The notes under the pieces are model-generated. The model had not been told where the DNA came from and did no database searches. It saw nothing but the letters and a program-made list of their open reading frames with translations. Below, in pieces: positions 42,232 through 55,381 of a DNA stretch of 64,000 bases. Numbering within the stretch: position 1 is the first letter of the stretch; each line of letters begins with the position of its first letter. Where the stretch lies: assembly GCF_009914755.1 (NCBI RefSeq), contig NC_060935.1. The stretch is one strand, 5' to 3'. A program made the translations under genes and the position numbers. The stretch is from the human T2T-CHM13v2.0 reference genome, Homo sapiens.

Positions 42232-42452
42232 AAGATTATTGAATGTCTATTATATACCAGGCATCAAGCTATGTGTTTTCACAAATGTTATCTCTTTTAA
42301 TCCTTCCAACAGCAGTTTGACGTAATTATAATTGCTCCATTTTATAGCTATGGACACTTGGATTTAGCAAAGTTAAGTAACTTAGGCAAGGGCTGATAAG
42401 TGGTCCAGATGGGATTCAGGTATTTCAGATAGTGAAGCTCATGCTTTTTCCA
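42232..42452 (-). mobile_element. MIR SINE
   Basis: ATTATTGAATGTCTATTATATACCAGGCA...TTTAATCCTTCCAACAGC...GTTAAGTAACTT. Confidence 0.8.
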
Positions 42453-42874
42453 TAAACAGAGATAAGATATATGACTCCTTATAATGCTCTCCAGTCCCAT
42501 GACTCTGTAATGAAGTTTGACATACACTTACTAGAAAATGTAATAATGTAGCATCACTTAGCAGTGATAATAATGCTGGGTTAATGGTCTTTCTGCTAAG
42601 AGTCAGATAAGACATAAGACTTGCCCTGAACTCTAGCCTGACCAGATTATTACTCTAGCATATGCTAGTCTCTCTATAATGTCACTGGAATGAATGAATC
42701 CCAGAACTTTGATTTCTCTGTGCCTTTATTCATGTATGTATACTTTTTCTGATGTTTAGTTTCTCATGAAATCCCCCTTTACCTCAAAGCTATATTCTTC
42801 AAAGTCTGGTTAAAATACTATCTCATCAGTGAAGGCATTTGGAAGGTTCAAGTCAGAATAACCCATTTCTTCAC

Positions 42875-43413
42875 TTTCCAGTGATTACCACTTCCTGAAA
42901 TCTTTGCTTTTGTAAAATCCCCGCCCCTTCAGTGTGGGCTGGACCTCAGGACATGCTTCAAACGAACAGATCATAATAGAAGTGATGGAATGTCACTTTT
43001 GAGATTAGGTTACAAAAATATTATGCCTTCTGTTTTGCTAGCAATGCTCTTGCTCTTTCTCAGATCTCTGACTCTGGGGGAAGCAAAGTGCCATGCTGTG
43101 AGAACCCCTTTGGAGAAAGCAAGGGAAGAAACTGATGTCTCCAACCATCAGCCTGTGAGGACTCTACAGCCTGTAGGGCACATACGTTATTGAGCTGGGA
43201 AGTGACTCCTCCACAGTTCAGCCTCCAGAGGACTGCAGCCCTAGCAGATACCTTGATTGCAGGCTTTTGAGAGCCCCTGGGCCGGAAGAGCCAGCTTAGC
43301 CATGCCTAGATTCCTGATTCACAGAAACTGTAAAATTTATTTATGGTGTTGTTGTTGTAAGCCATTAAGTTTTGGGGTACATTTTCAAATAGCACTAACT
43401 AAGTAACTAATAT
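42875..43413 (+). mobile_element. MLT1F-like MaLR solo LTR
   Basis: AGTGTGGGCTGGACCT, GAAGTGATGGAATGTCACTT, GAGATTAGGTTA, GACTGCAGCCC, ATTCCTGATTCACAGAAACTGT, TAAGTTTTGGGG...TAACTAATATA. Confidence 0.9.
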
Positions 43414-44679
43414 AATTTCTATAACAGCTCCACGAAAATCTAATTTGCCTGATACTATTGGGGCCATGCATCAGATTTAGGGGACTTGATTGATATGAGC
43501 AGAAACACTCTCTGGACCACACTGAACACCCACTATGTAGCACACAGCCAGGAGAAATTAATAGTAGCCCTATCCTGGAATCACATACCTAGAATGGAAA
43601 GAAATCTATCAGTGTGTATTGTACAGATATAGTAACCTAGAGGGTCAGTCAACTATGGCAAGTTGTCATGGGATGAGGAAAGTGGGAAATTAGGAAACAA
43701 TCAAATGATCTTGCTAGAGAGAATATACATGGATTTAGACTTGAACAAAAAAGAGTCTACCTTGGTTTCAAGGATTACAGGTAAAGGTGGTGCATGATCA
43801 TATTCTGAGTTCAATATGGGAAAATACTAGCTCTTTACTCCACAGCTAACCTGTACTCTTCCACTCCACGGAGGATGTACTTACTGTTCTTTGTTTTCTG
43901 AGCACCAAACGCAGTAGCCGAGACATGCAAGACACATGCTAAACATTTTCTTAAATAAATATATTAGGAAAAGTTTTAAATTTGAGATCTACTGATGAGA
44001 TAAGCTCTTGAAAATCTGATCTCCACACCTTTCAGGCCTTACCACACTTGTTCAGCCCACAGTAGATACTGGACAAGTAATTATTGAATGCATAAATTAA
44101 TGAATAAAGGATGCTATGAATGGACAGCCTGAATTTAGACTCAGATGCTGAAACTGATATAAATGTGATTATTTGAGATGAAGTTTCTCATCTGTAAAAC
44201 AATGTAATTAAGCCAGAAGAAATTTAGTATCCTATCTAGATAATTCCAAAAGCCTATGGTCCCATACCTTTTACAGACTTGCAAAACCAGAGTCAGTTAC
44301 TACAACAGATTGAAAGCTCTTTCCTGAGCTCATTTATTAACTCCTAAAAGCAAAGTGACCAAATTTAGTAGAATTTCCAATTCAGTATATATGCCTATGT
44401 ATGTGTGATGTCTGTGTTTGTATGTGAATGTTTATGCGTGTATATATATATATTTTAATTAAAGTGTCATCCAGTTTTTTTGGACTATAAAATGCGACTA
44501 GCACTGTCTGTTCTACAGGGAAGTTTGATGATTAAATGATATCATACATATAAATCATCTTCTAGCACAAAGGCTGGTACCAAGAAAGTGATCATTATGA
44601 GTTCAACATCTATACTGAGGATTAAATGAAAAACGGACCTCTATTTTTATTTTATTCCTGCTAATGGAAATCTTTAAAA

Positions 44680-45170
44680 ATAAAATATTCATAATAATTT
44701 GTGAATCAATAAAAAGTGGATAAATTTAAAAATTGTGTATACATATAGCGAAATACTAACAAGCAGTAAAATCATGTTGCTGAGAAATATTCATAAAAGG
44801 TTTACCGAGTAAAAATAAATCAGTTTGCTCCATGGAGTTTGTACAATATGGTAACATTGTATAAAATGCAAAAATAATATATATTTACACATATGTAAAT
44901 AATATGTACATATAAAATATGCACATATTATATATATGAGTATATACATAAACATACACATGTATACATGCATACATATAAATAAATCTATTCACATAAT
45001 TTATATGTATATTACAGTACTAGGAAAACATGTACCAAAATAGTACAATGTCTGAGTAGTGTAATTATATATGAATTATTTTTTCTATGCATTTTTATAG
45101 TCCTGAAATTTGTATATTTTACACACACCACTTTTATACTGGGGAAAAATCAATATTTGCAAGTTAAAAT
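44680..45170 (+). mobile_element. Old L1M 3' UTR relic containing TA/CA-rich low complexity (about 44870-45010)
   Basis: GTGGATAAAT...ATAGCGAAATACTAACAAGCAGTAAAA; weak. Confidence 0.5.
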
Positions 45171-48100
45171 TAGATGAGACAAGTCTCAGAGTGGCAAGAG
45201 CTAGCGTTCTCTGGGTGGAGGACCTAACCTTGCCCAATACAAAGCCAGTTTGGTATAGAAAACTGTCATTGTGCTGGGCAACCCAAAGACTGCCAGGAAA
45301 AGTAATGTGATCCTGCTCACAATACAGATACACTATGAGGACTGGCTGCTTTTAGACTATGTAAAATGGTTGCATGTGTCCCTCCACCTTGAATAATTTT
45401 CTCTTGTATCTTTATAACCCATAATACTACTACCATTTAAGGGGTGAAGAAAATAACAAGTATGTATGTTATGGAGGGAAATTATGGTATTCATTCAGGA
45501 TATGTTGATGCCTCTACTTCCATTGTGGTGGCTTGGTATATACTATGTATCTATTTCTCTATTTCTCTTCAGATATTATTTCTCTGAGATTCTCATCCTT
45601 TATGACACCTGTTCTAAAGACATTTTTTCTCTTATCATCCAAGACGCTGAAGATTTAAATTGATTCTTTGATGTGCTATCAGCCATTATGAATATTGAAT
45701 GTACCAGAAAAAAAGCATGTAATCAAATATTTGATTTATTAAAGTGAAGAAATAAACAAAGAAATTAAAAATAAATTTAAAGATTTTTTTAAGACAAGAA
45801 AAAACTTTGGATATGCTAAAATACAATTTTCTATAATACTTTCTTTTGTTTAATGTTTTTTTACTGATGCAAAACTATATCATGAAACTATCAATATAAG
45901 TTCTGAGGCACTGTATGTAAATAGTGTCTCTAATGTTCTCTCTTTTGTAGCTAAAGAGTTTTATGAATATATAACCACATTGGAATAAAATTGCATTAAT
46001 GGTAGTAATTAGGATACGTAATTATGTATTTTATAAACAGCATATACAGGATGTGTTCTGATTTTTTAAGACTATAGGAGGATGAAAACAGACATAAAGC
46101 ATTCAACTAGGGTTCCGTGCTGTTTGAGTACATCTGAATTTGAAAAGTAAAAGCTAACATGCACATGATGTTCATTGCCCACCGATGTTAATTTTTTTTT
46201 AAATTTTTAGTTGTATTTTCCTTGTATTGTAAATTTCACTGTTGAATAATAGTGTTTACAGAGAATTTTTATGCACTGTCATAGAACAGAATTCCTGACA
46301 GAACAGAATAAATTGCAGTATGAAATAGAAAACTCTTAATTCCCATCAGTATATAGCTGGACAAGATAAGGCTGGACAATTCAAGTGACTTATTCAAAGG
46401 AACCGTCTACAACTAGTTACAAGGAGAGTCTTTACTGAAACACATGACTCCTGACTTTCAGCTTAATGAGCTCTTTATGTATAATTCAGTCTTATCTGTA
46501 ATTAGAAATAGCCCAGAGGATCTCTCTAAAACAATATCTGATCCTAACCTTTTTATTATATTGTGTTTCTATCTGTGCTTCCTGATCATTATAGATCTTT
46601 AAACACCCCCTATAGCTTAGAACATCTCAATTTGAAGCCTTCAGGTTTTATTGGCAACTTTTCCTTATGAAGAATGAAAGCAGGGCAAACTCAAAAGACC
46701 ACTTTTAGAAGAAAAGGGGAGCTTAGCAAGTTTTCCAAATCACTCAACAAACAGAGCCTTTCTCTAAAGCAGTGGCACATCTGTGGTCTTTCGGTAGGTG
46801 AATGCTTCCTGGATGCAGCAGATTACTTCCTCTTAACCTCTACTATCCAGAACCCTAACTCCTTCCAAAGAATATTACCACAGGGTTTCCGTATTCCTTC
46901 CTTATAGTCCACCACTCCATATTTTCCTCTTTAACAAATGACTATCGGTCCTACATTATAGGAAGTATGGTACCTGCTATTAATTGTTCAACATAAAGCA
47001 GGAACAAACAGTCATTTTGTTCATATGGGGAACACAACTTTTTAAAAAATATTGTAAAAATGGAATACACTATTGCTAATTGAAGTTAGAAAGGATAGGC
47101 TAGAAACTGTTGGGACTTTATCACCAGCCTGGGATAGATACTAAGGTCCAGACCCAGGTTTAGATGCCATAATTAGGCCCTGCCTATCCAGATGAACACT
47201 ATCTGAGAGAAAGAGTAACAGCAGATGTAGCAGTATATCAGCAAGCATCAGAGAGATTTAATGGAGAACGTAGGTATGTTCCAACAGGTGGAAAGAGCTC
47301 ATCGATGAGTACATGTGTTTAGAAATACAAGATGACTGGACCAATAATATCTACAAAAAAGGCAGTGGAGTTTAGTTATAGCTTGAGGTTTACAGCTGAA
47401 TACATCTTTGGAGAAGACTGAAAAAGGAAGGACAGACCTAGTCATAATACAGGAGCACATGTATCAGAAGTGAGTTACAGGGCAGGGGCCTGGTTTAAAA
47501 AATGAGGCAAATTCCTGGCTATGTAAATTGGGATGTCAGTCTAAAATGTCAACACTCAGCCTCTTCCACAGAGAGTTAGGACTGGTCCTAGAACTGGAAC
47601 CACCAAGGTTGAGACAGGAGTCACACAGTGAGGGGACTCATAGAAGGCTTGACTTTAGCATAAGAGTTTGATCACATTTCCAAAACCACATGCACTATTA
47701 CGATATGCAAATGCATTTGCTATTATAATATCATTTGGTATTAAAGAAGTGAGATGACAATTGAAAATAAAATGCTTATCATTTTTTTCTGAATTGAATT
47801 AACTGTTCTCTTTGTAGTCTACCCAAATTTATTTTGTCTTCTGCAACCATATATGCACTAAAATGTAGTCAGCAGTTAGGAAATATTCATTGATTAGGAT
47901 TTAAATTTAGTTATTAGATTACTCAAGATAAAATAAATTATTTCAAAGGTGACTATTATTGCTCTGGGATTGGAGATTCAGGAGAATAGCACTTTGCTAC
48001 TTTTTAGTTCTTAGACTGAACTTAGATTAAATATATCCAGGACCCATTTCTTCATCTTTCAGATGTTAAAATGAATAGTAAGATTTTAGGTGTTCTTCCT

Positions 48101-48279
48101 GCAGTCATGTTCTATATACCTACAAACCTATAAAGACAAAATTCATTGGTGTTTCTGGTGTTTTCTTTATTATGACAATATTTTAAAAATCGTCTCTATC
48201 TTCTCTTAATTGGTTTAGCTTCATATGTTCATCCTTTATAGCCTCTCTGACTATAGGAAAGTAAATACCATTCTCTACA

Positions 48280-48820
48280 CCTTCCAAGAACATTCATGCC
48301 TCTGTGACTTTGCATATGTAATTCTTTATGTCCACCAAGCCTGTCTTCACTTCATCAATCTTAAATAATAACTGTTTCTTTTTTCAGACTCAGTTCCAGG
48401 TTTGACACCACATGAAAACCTTTTCAGAAATTTATGAGCCCCAGGGTTAAATTCAATATCCCTCTTCTGATTTCCTAAAACATATTAAGCTTTCACATGA
48501 CAGTAAGTTCCATAAACAATTGTTTTCTTGCCCATCTATCCAACAAACAGGGAGCACCTAGCACAGTACATTACACATGAAAGATTGGCAATAAATGTAT
48601 CCTAGATGAATTAACTAATGCTTTGACAGAGGATAACTTACTGCACATTAGTTATGTGACTTGGACAAGATAGATAACCTAAGACCTCAGTTTTCTCAAC
48701 CAAATAAATGTGGGTAGACTACAGTCATCTTTTTTTTTCCCAAGAATAAACTCTGACCATGGATGTAAACCATTCAGCAAACAGTTGGTGCATTGTAAAT
48801 GCTCAGCAGAGTGGCTACTG
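48280..48820 (+). mobile_element. L2 3' relic followed by MIR
   Basis: CATGCCTCTGTGACTTTGCATATG...GCACCTAGCACAGT...CAATAAATGT; TATGTGACTTGGACAAG...CCTCAGTTTTCTCA. Confidence 0.65.
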
Positions 48821-49399
48821 TTATTTGTTAGGTTTTTTAAAATTCCCTTATCTGAATTTGTGAAATTTGATTACGGTGTTAAAGTAGCTCAGTAATTTAC
48901 TGACACAGCAATTGTCACAGTTAAAGAGTGTGAGATAGTATATGTATGATATTAAACATAAAATATATTTTTTACACCTGAATGTGTTGGAAAAAAACTC
49001 TCTCTAGAGAAATGTATTTCAATTGATTCTCCTGTAACATTTTAAAGTCAAGGACTCCTTCCATCTTTATCTATGCTAGGAAGACTTTCTTTGCTCTCAG
49101 TAATGGAGTTAACCAGACAGCAGACCAAACCTTCCTCCAATTATGGCTGTTTGAAGCTATTGGCCAGCCAGGACAATGAAGTCAGGGCCCAAAAGAGAAC
49201 AGAACAGACCTTGAAGCCCTGACATGGGAAGCTGGCTTAAGAGGTGCCCATGTATCCTAAATGTATTTGATTGTTGTGTTGCACAGAGAACCAATGTTTC
49301 TAAATACATCTATAGGCGATATCAGGAACAAACCTGAGCTAAGGGAGGGCAGAAATCAAGCCCTCCCATAAGAGTTACAGAGACTGGAACATTAGTACA

Positions 49400-50000
49400 A
49401 ATGCAGACCTGAACACCATATGGATAAATATTTTAAAATTATAAATCAAGCTAACCAACTGTGTAATACAATGTATTCAAACCTCCTATCTTGACAAATG
49501 TCCCTTTATATAAGTCTCTAGAAGGCCAACTTTAAATTTAGAATTCTCAGATCATGGGGGTGGAGCTGGCTCCAATTGCTGGCTGCACTCTCCCCTTTCT
49601 TTCCACCCCTGGCTTCTCTCCATACAACAGGAGACATATGCATAGGCATACAGACACCTAGGTTTATTCATTCAATTTCTTTCCACATCCTCCTCCCAGG
49701 ACCTTACAAAGAGCTGCTCTTGCCCACCTTGACTACTGATATGAGCACATAGTAGTGAGGAGGCCTACACACTCTAGAAGGTTGCACGCCATCTCCAGAG
49801 TCCCTGATAGCCAGAGTGTTGTCTAAAAGGGCGGTAAGACCACTGTATGGGCACATCCTGTTGGCTGCAAGACTCCTACCCCATTGACTGGGTCACAGTC
49901 AAAGGAGAGCCTCAGCAGGTTCACCCAAAAGATGAGCTCATGCAGGAGCTCCAGTTCTCCATATCTCAGGACAATGGAATCATCACTTACCAGTACTATG
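49400..50000. mobile_element. Possible ancient mammalian DNA-transposon relic (MamRep/MamTip-like)
   Basis: TTATAAATCAAGCTAAC...CCTCCTATCTTGACAAAT...GAAGGCCA...TTTAGAATTCTC resembles a remembered consensus; extent uncertain. Confidence 0.35.
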
Positions 50001-50153
50001 ATAGAAAAAAGCAAATACAATACAGCTTAAGAAACTCTCAGGTTTCTAGCTCATGAATGCATGTGAGTGAGTGAAAGAGAAAGAGCAAACAAAAAAATAA
50101 AATAAGCGCACGTCATGGGGTTCCCAGCCATATGTAGTTTTGCTGCCTACATT

Positions 50154-50275
50154 CTCATTTTCTTTTATATTCTTTCAATTTTTTATTACCCTTCTTTGGA
50201 GCACAAAAACATATGAAAATAAAAATACAACCTTCGAAATTTGTCTGTTATTTTAATTTCATGAAAAAAAAAAAG
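50154..50275 (+). repeat. Copy 1 of a ~122-bp dispersed direct repeat
   Basis: Aligns to 50884-51008 at roughly 80% with two small gaps. Confidence 0.9.
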
Positions 50276-50277
50276 CT

Positions 50278-50370
50278 TTCCTGAGATTGAGAGGTTTTCT
50301 TGGGACCTGTGATTTTCAGTGCTAAAACCAGTAAAATCTCACGGAAACTGGGATATGTCTATCACCCTAC
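50278..50370. mobile_element. MER94/MER81-type hAT-Blackjack MITE fragment
   Basis: TTTCAGTGCTAAAACCAG...AAACTGGGA...TCACCCTA terminus. Confidence 0.7.
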
Positions 50371-50883
50371 TTTTAAAATGTTAGGAAGGGTTCCAAGAAT
50401 TATTTTACTAAAAAGTCTTAGGCAATGGGAAGGACACATAAATAGATTTGGAAATACTTGATTTCTAGTCTGAAACTTACTACTAATTAGCTCTATGAAT
50501 TTAAGCCTCTTTAGTGGGGTTCTACTTATAAAATGAATAATTCAATTTTCTTCAAGATCTAAGATTTAGTATTCCATAAAGTATTGATGATCTTTACTTA
50601 GAAGACAGATATTTTTCATCAATGGCAAACAACAATAATCATGAGAATGACATATTTAAATAGGAATATACAAATATTTGGAACTATACCACTTTCACAA
50701 ATAATACATGGAAAAACTCCTTCACACAGGAATGGGTTGTGTAATGTGTATGGACAGATTGCAAAATATGGTGCATGTTTTACTTCAATCTAATGTAATG
50801 GTTATATTTTTCAGCTTATAAAATTATATCTCAATATCAAATAGCCAACACTAAAGACAAGTCACAGCTTCCTTGCCCATAGC

Positions 50884-51008
50884 CTCATTTTCTTTTATTA
50901 TCTTTGAATTTATCTTTATTTTCCTGCTTCAGAGCAGTAAAACAAATGACAATGAAAATACAACCCTTAAATATTTTTCTGTTATTTTAATTTTATGAAA
51001 AAATAAAG
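50884..51008 (+). repeat. Copy 2 of the ~122-bp dispersed direct repeat
   Basis: Shared CTCATTTTCTTTTAT, AAAATACAACC, TCTGTTATTTTAATTT.ATGAAAAAA. Confidence 0.9.
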
Positions 51009-52226
51009 TAAGCCACGACAAAGGTCTGTAGAGAGGGATGAAGGAAGATAAAACACCTGTTTGGACTAGCAATTGCTCACCTGGATTAGGATTTCTCAAC
51101 CAGCAAGCCCCAGGGACACCAGGTTTTAGTACCTTATATTTTACTCCTAAATTGTGGAACTAAGCTGACAGATGGATCTAATATTTGGCATCTGGAATCA
51201 AGACCTTTGGTCACTGTCTTATTCTTATGACGGCAATGTATGCTTCTAGACCAGTTCCTTTTTATAATTTTTAGCCTGGACTTGGCCTATAGCCTTGTAC
51301 TTTCTCAGGTTGTTAAGAGTGTATTCCTTAATGATAGACAAATCTGGAAGAGTGCTTAGGGGCACTAACTAACTGATCCCTGAAAGTGGCATCATGCATC
51401 TCACTTACATCGTCTGAGGTTCCCAATGGGAGTTTTCATGACAGCTCAACGTTCAAAAGAAGAAATGCCCAAGGAGTTTTAAAGTACATCTGTCTATTTA
51501 TAACAATCCCCCTCCATCCTTGACCTGTTTCTTTCCCTACGTTGGTAGCATTCTTATTCCCTTCATAGTTTTCTAATTGTGGTTGGCATACAAAATAATT
51601 AGTGTAATTATCACATTGTATCATGATTATTCGTTCCTCTGTTAATCTCTCTTGTTTGAAGGAGACATCATTCTCCAGAGCAGAGGTCATAGCTTTTCAT
51701 CTTTGTGGGTTTAGCATGTAATTTAATATTTAATACATAGTATGCGCTCATTAAATGTTCATAAATTAGTGAATGTATAAAATAACAGATTACTAACACT
51801 GAGCCTTTGAGGCTTGATTATGGTAACTTAGTTCCCTTCTTATAGATTTGAGGATTTTACCTAGGGAAACTTCAATGTCAGATTAGACTCTAGAATGAAC
51901 TCTGTAATGTAAACCTGTGTGTAGTCTTCTGTCCTTAAAACAGTAAGCTATTACAGAATATCAGAGATAGATATACACTGAGTTTTTTAAATCACAGTGT
52001 GATCCAAAGCATGAACTTGTGACACTAGGAGAGAAGGATATTTAGACGTTTAGAAAAAGAGCAACCCAAAATTAATACTTCTAACATAAAGCTAACAGGT
52101 CCAATTCTTCTTTACCTAGTGGAAGATAAAGCCTATGGGAAAACCAAGCTTCTAGTCACTGTACTACAAATACCCTCTGCACTTTTCATAAATGCACAAT
52201 ACAGACTGGAGAGAAGTGGCCTATTA

Positions 52227-52355
52227 TTAGACTGATCGTATAGTTTATACTACAAACAGGGACAATTTTAAAGGGAAAAGGAGTCACTAGTAATATGCCA
52301 GGATAACAGGTATAAACCAGGACTTTCTCAGGCAAACTTGCATTGTTACACTATA
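52227..52355. mobile_element. MER81/MER94-type hAT-Blackjack MITE
   Basis: CAAACAGGGACA...GCCAGGATAACAGGTATAAACCAGGACT...GGCAAAC. Confidence 0.7.
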
Positions 52356-52380
52356 ATTGACTATATCTGTTTTTCTATAT

Positions 52381-52644
52381 CGGTAGTTCTTAATGGGGTA
52401 GTGAAAACAGAGGAAAAGGGGTGGCTTTGCCTCTCAGAAGAGATTTGGCTATGTCTGGAGACGTTTTGTTTGTCACATGTGAAGAGAAATGCTACTGGCA
52501 TCAAGTCAGTAAAGTCCAGGGATACTGCTAAACATCCTACAGTGCACACCACAGTCCCTCAGGAAAAACAAACAAGCAATAATAACAACAACAAAAACAT
52601 GACCTGGCTCAAAATGCCCGTAACGCTGCTATTGAGAAGCCCTG
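52381..52644 (-). mobile_element. MER20 hAT MITE
   Basis: ATTTGGCTATGTCTGGAGAC...TGCTACTGGCATC...CCAGGGATACTGCTAAACATCCTACAGTGCACA; 8-bp TSD TTCTATAT/TTCTACAT. Confidence 0.92.
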
Positions 52645-52676
52645 TTCTACATCCTTTAAAACCCTCCAAGACTGGA

Positions 52677-52989
52677 TTTTTTTGTTTGTTTGTTTTCTTT
52701 TTTCTTTTTTTTTTTTTTTTTTTTTGAGACGGAGTCTCGCTCTGTCGCCCAGGCTGGAGTGCAGTGGTGCGATCTTGGCTCACTGCAAGCTCCGCCTCCA
52801 AGTTCACGCCATTCTCCTGCCTCAGCCTCCCGAGTAGCTGGGACTACAGGTACCCTCCACTATGCCCGGTTAATTTTTTGTATTTTAGGTAGAGACGGGG
52901 TTTCACCGTGTTAGCCAGGATGGTCTCAATCTCCTGACCTTGTGATCCACCTGCCTGGGCCTCCCAAAGTGCTGGGATTACAGGCGTGA
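52677..52989 (-). mobile_element. AluY lacking its first ~16 nt
   Basis: AluY diagnostics; ends at ACAGGCGTGA instead of ...GCCACCGCGCCCGGCC. Confidence 0.96.
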
Positions 52990-53000
52990 TATTATTGTAC

Positions 53001-53011
53001 TTTTTTTTTTC

Positions 53012-53042
<31 letters not shown>
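53001..53042. repeat. Poly-T tract (T10-CG-T30)
   Basis: Directly visible. Confidence 0.97.
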
Positions 53043-53044
<2 letters not shown>

Positions 53045-53927
53045 CTCTTAACTAAGGATTTGGCTTTCTGAAATTTTTCTCTCTCAATCTGTCTATTTCA
53101 GACCTGGATTTGCTTCCCAACTATGCCCCTGGCAAACAGGTGAGCCCTAACACGCAGGGAAAACTTTTACATTCAGGTGTCAGGATATTTTTGTCAGAAA
53201 ATGCAACTAAGGAATAGGTGGTCTTTTAAATTTTCAGTAATATTTTAAAATTCTAGATTTCATTAATTTTATTAAACTCAACTGCAAGTATTTATTGTTA
53301 ATCTAGTTGAAAATGCTTTGTGTAAGAGATAATACTACTGATAATAATTTTTAGGTCATAAGATGACTTACCTCTCTTTTTTCTACCCAAGCATTCCTAC
53401 ACATATACCTGTCTCTTTCTCTCTCTCTCTCATACACACATAACACACACTGACTCCCTCCACAGATAAATACCTAGAAAATGGAAAAGACTAGAAATAC
53501 TATTCTATTTGTGGTAGAGATACTAACTGGAACACAGACCATTAAACACCTTTTTCAACTCTTTTATTTTTGAAAGTGTGTTTAGAGGACAAATTTTAAT
53601 GGTGCATTTGGCAACACAGATCCAAACTTTCTACACTTATTTTACAAATATTACAAACTAACAAATACATTGTGTAAGGTATAACTTCAATGAGACCAAA
53701 GATTTGTGTCTGTTTATTTATTTTTTTATTGCAGAATTTCTAGCATCTAGAAGAGAGCTTCGCCTGTGGTAGGCACATGACACAACGTGTTTGTTAATGT
53801 TGTTCTTGATTACCCCAAACCTATTGGCCAAAAATTCCTTAGATAACTCTTAAAAATATGTGATAGTTTGGGATTCACTGACTTTGTTAAGCCAGAATGA
53901 ATCAGGTAATAGAAAGTACAATAAGTC

Positions 53928-54210
53928 GGCCGGGCGATGTGGCTCATGCTTTTAATCCCAGCTCTTTGGGAGGCCGAGGTAGGTAGATCACTGGAGTCCA
54001 GGAGTTCAAGACAGCCTGGACAACATGGTAAAATCCCATTTCTACCAAAAATACAAAAATTAGCCTGGATGATGGCATGTGCCTGTGGTTCCAGCTACTC
54101 AAGAGGCAGAGGCACAAGAGCTTGAACCCAGAAGGCAGAGGTTGCAGTGAGCTGAGCACTGCTTTCCGGTATGGGCAACAGAGTGAGACTCTGTTAAAAA
54201 AAAAAAAGGA
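53928..54210 (+). mobile_element. AluJ SINE
   Basis: GATCACTGGAGTCCAGGAGTTCAAGA; TSD AAAGTACA(A/T)TAAGT. Confidence 0.93.
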
Positions 54211-54339
54211 ATAGAAAAAAAAGTACATTAAGTAAGAAGTGTTGTGGCTAAGCAGTAAAGTTGGGTTTATGAAAATGTTTAGAACTTAAATAACAGTTTA
54301 TGGTGGTCTCACTGTATTTATTTTGTTTTTGTTTTTGTT

Positions 54340-54530
54340 TGTATTTTATAGCTTTGGGTTAAGGTATAATTATATACTATAAACTACACTTGTTGAAAGT
54401 ATAAAAAGCCTATGACTTTTAGTAAATTCCTAGAGCTTTGCAATCATTACCACAGTCTAGTTTTAGAACATTTTCATCACCCAAAAATGTTGTCTGTTGC
54501 CTATTTCTAGCTATACCCCTTTCAGCCCGT
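54340..54530 (-). mobile_element. L1MB/L1ME 3' end fragment
   Basis: TTTTAGTAAATT...GCAATCATTACCACAGTCTAGTTTTAGAACATTTTCATCACCC. Confidence 0.8.
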
Positions 54531-54675
54531 CTATAACTCTTACGTGTTTGTACAAGCTGGCTCTCCAAGCCAAAAAGGAATCACCCTCCAAAGGAAAGAG
54601 TCCTCCAAAAGAAAAACAACAACAACAACAAAAAACAGTGTATAGAACCCTAACTGCTGGTTCTTCTTCTACTTC

Positions 54676-54757
54676 ATTTATTTATTTATTTTTGCCCTGT
54701 CACCCAGGCTGGAGTGCAGTGGCGCGATCTTCGCTCACTTCAATCCCCATCTCCTGG
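54676..54757 (-). mobile_element. Short Alu right-arm fragment
   Basis: CTGTCACCCAGGCTGGAGTGCAGTGGCGCGATC; flanked by AGAACCCT(A/C)ACT(G/T)CTG at 54644-54659 and 54758-54773. Confidence 0.9.
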
Positions 54758-54928
54758 AGAACCCTCACTTCTGTTCCTTTTACTTTCTGTCTCACATTCA
54801 TGTCAATCACAGTAACTCACCTGAGACTGGCAGAAATGGGACTGAGGAGAGCTTGTAGAGATAGCTGTAACCAGGTCTGAGACTAAGGGAAAATAATGTA
54901 ATAGCTGTTTTGTTCAAGGGTACTTTTC

Positions 54929-54930
<2 letters not shown>

Positions 54931-54959
<29 letters not shown>
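54931..54959. repeat. (GT)14 microsatellite
   Basis: Directly visible. Confidence 0.97.
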
Positions 54960-54995
54960 CCTTTCAAGATGAAAGGGAGTGAGAAAAAATGCTAC

Positions 54996-55381
54996 TGTAT
55001 TAGTCGGTTTTCACACTGCTATAAAGAAATTCCCCGAAACTGAATAATGGATAAATAAAAGAGGTTTAATTGACTCACAGTTCCACATGGCTGGGGAGGC
55101 CTCAGGAAACTTACAATCATGGTGGAAGGTGAAGGGGAAGCAAGGACCTTCACAAGGCAGCAGGAGAGAAAAATGAGCAAGAGTATGGAAAACTGCCTTA
55201 TGAAACCATCAGATCTCATGAGAACTCATTCACTATTATGATAACAGCATGCGGGAAACTGTTCCCGTGATCAAATCACCTCCCTCCCACAACATGTAGG
55301 GATGACAGGTCCCTACCTCAACACCTGGGGATTACAATTCGAGACGCAATTTGGGTGGGGATGCAGAGTCAAACCATATCA
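54996..55381 (-). mobile_element. THE1D/MSTA-like MaLR solo LTR
   Basis: TGTATTAGTC...AAACCATATCA termini; GGGGAGGCCTCAGGAAACTTACAATCATGG; exact 5-bp TSD GCTAC (54991-54995, 55382-55386). Confidence 0.95.

Noticed and set aside
47108-47620. Purine-rich stretch that might be a very old LTR
   Set aside because: I could not match termini or a consensus with confidence; needs a Dfam search
55278-55340. Internal near-duplication in the THE1 LTR
   Set aside because: This segment is variably duplicated in THE1 LTRs (a shorter version occurs at 7951-7980); not locus-specific
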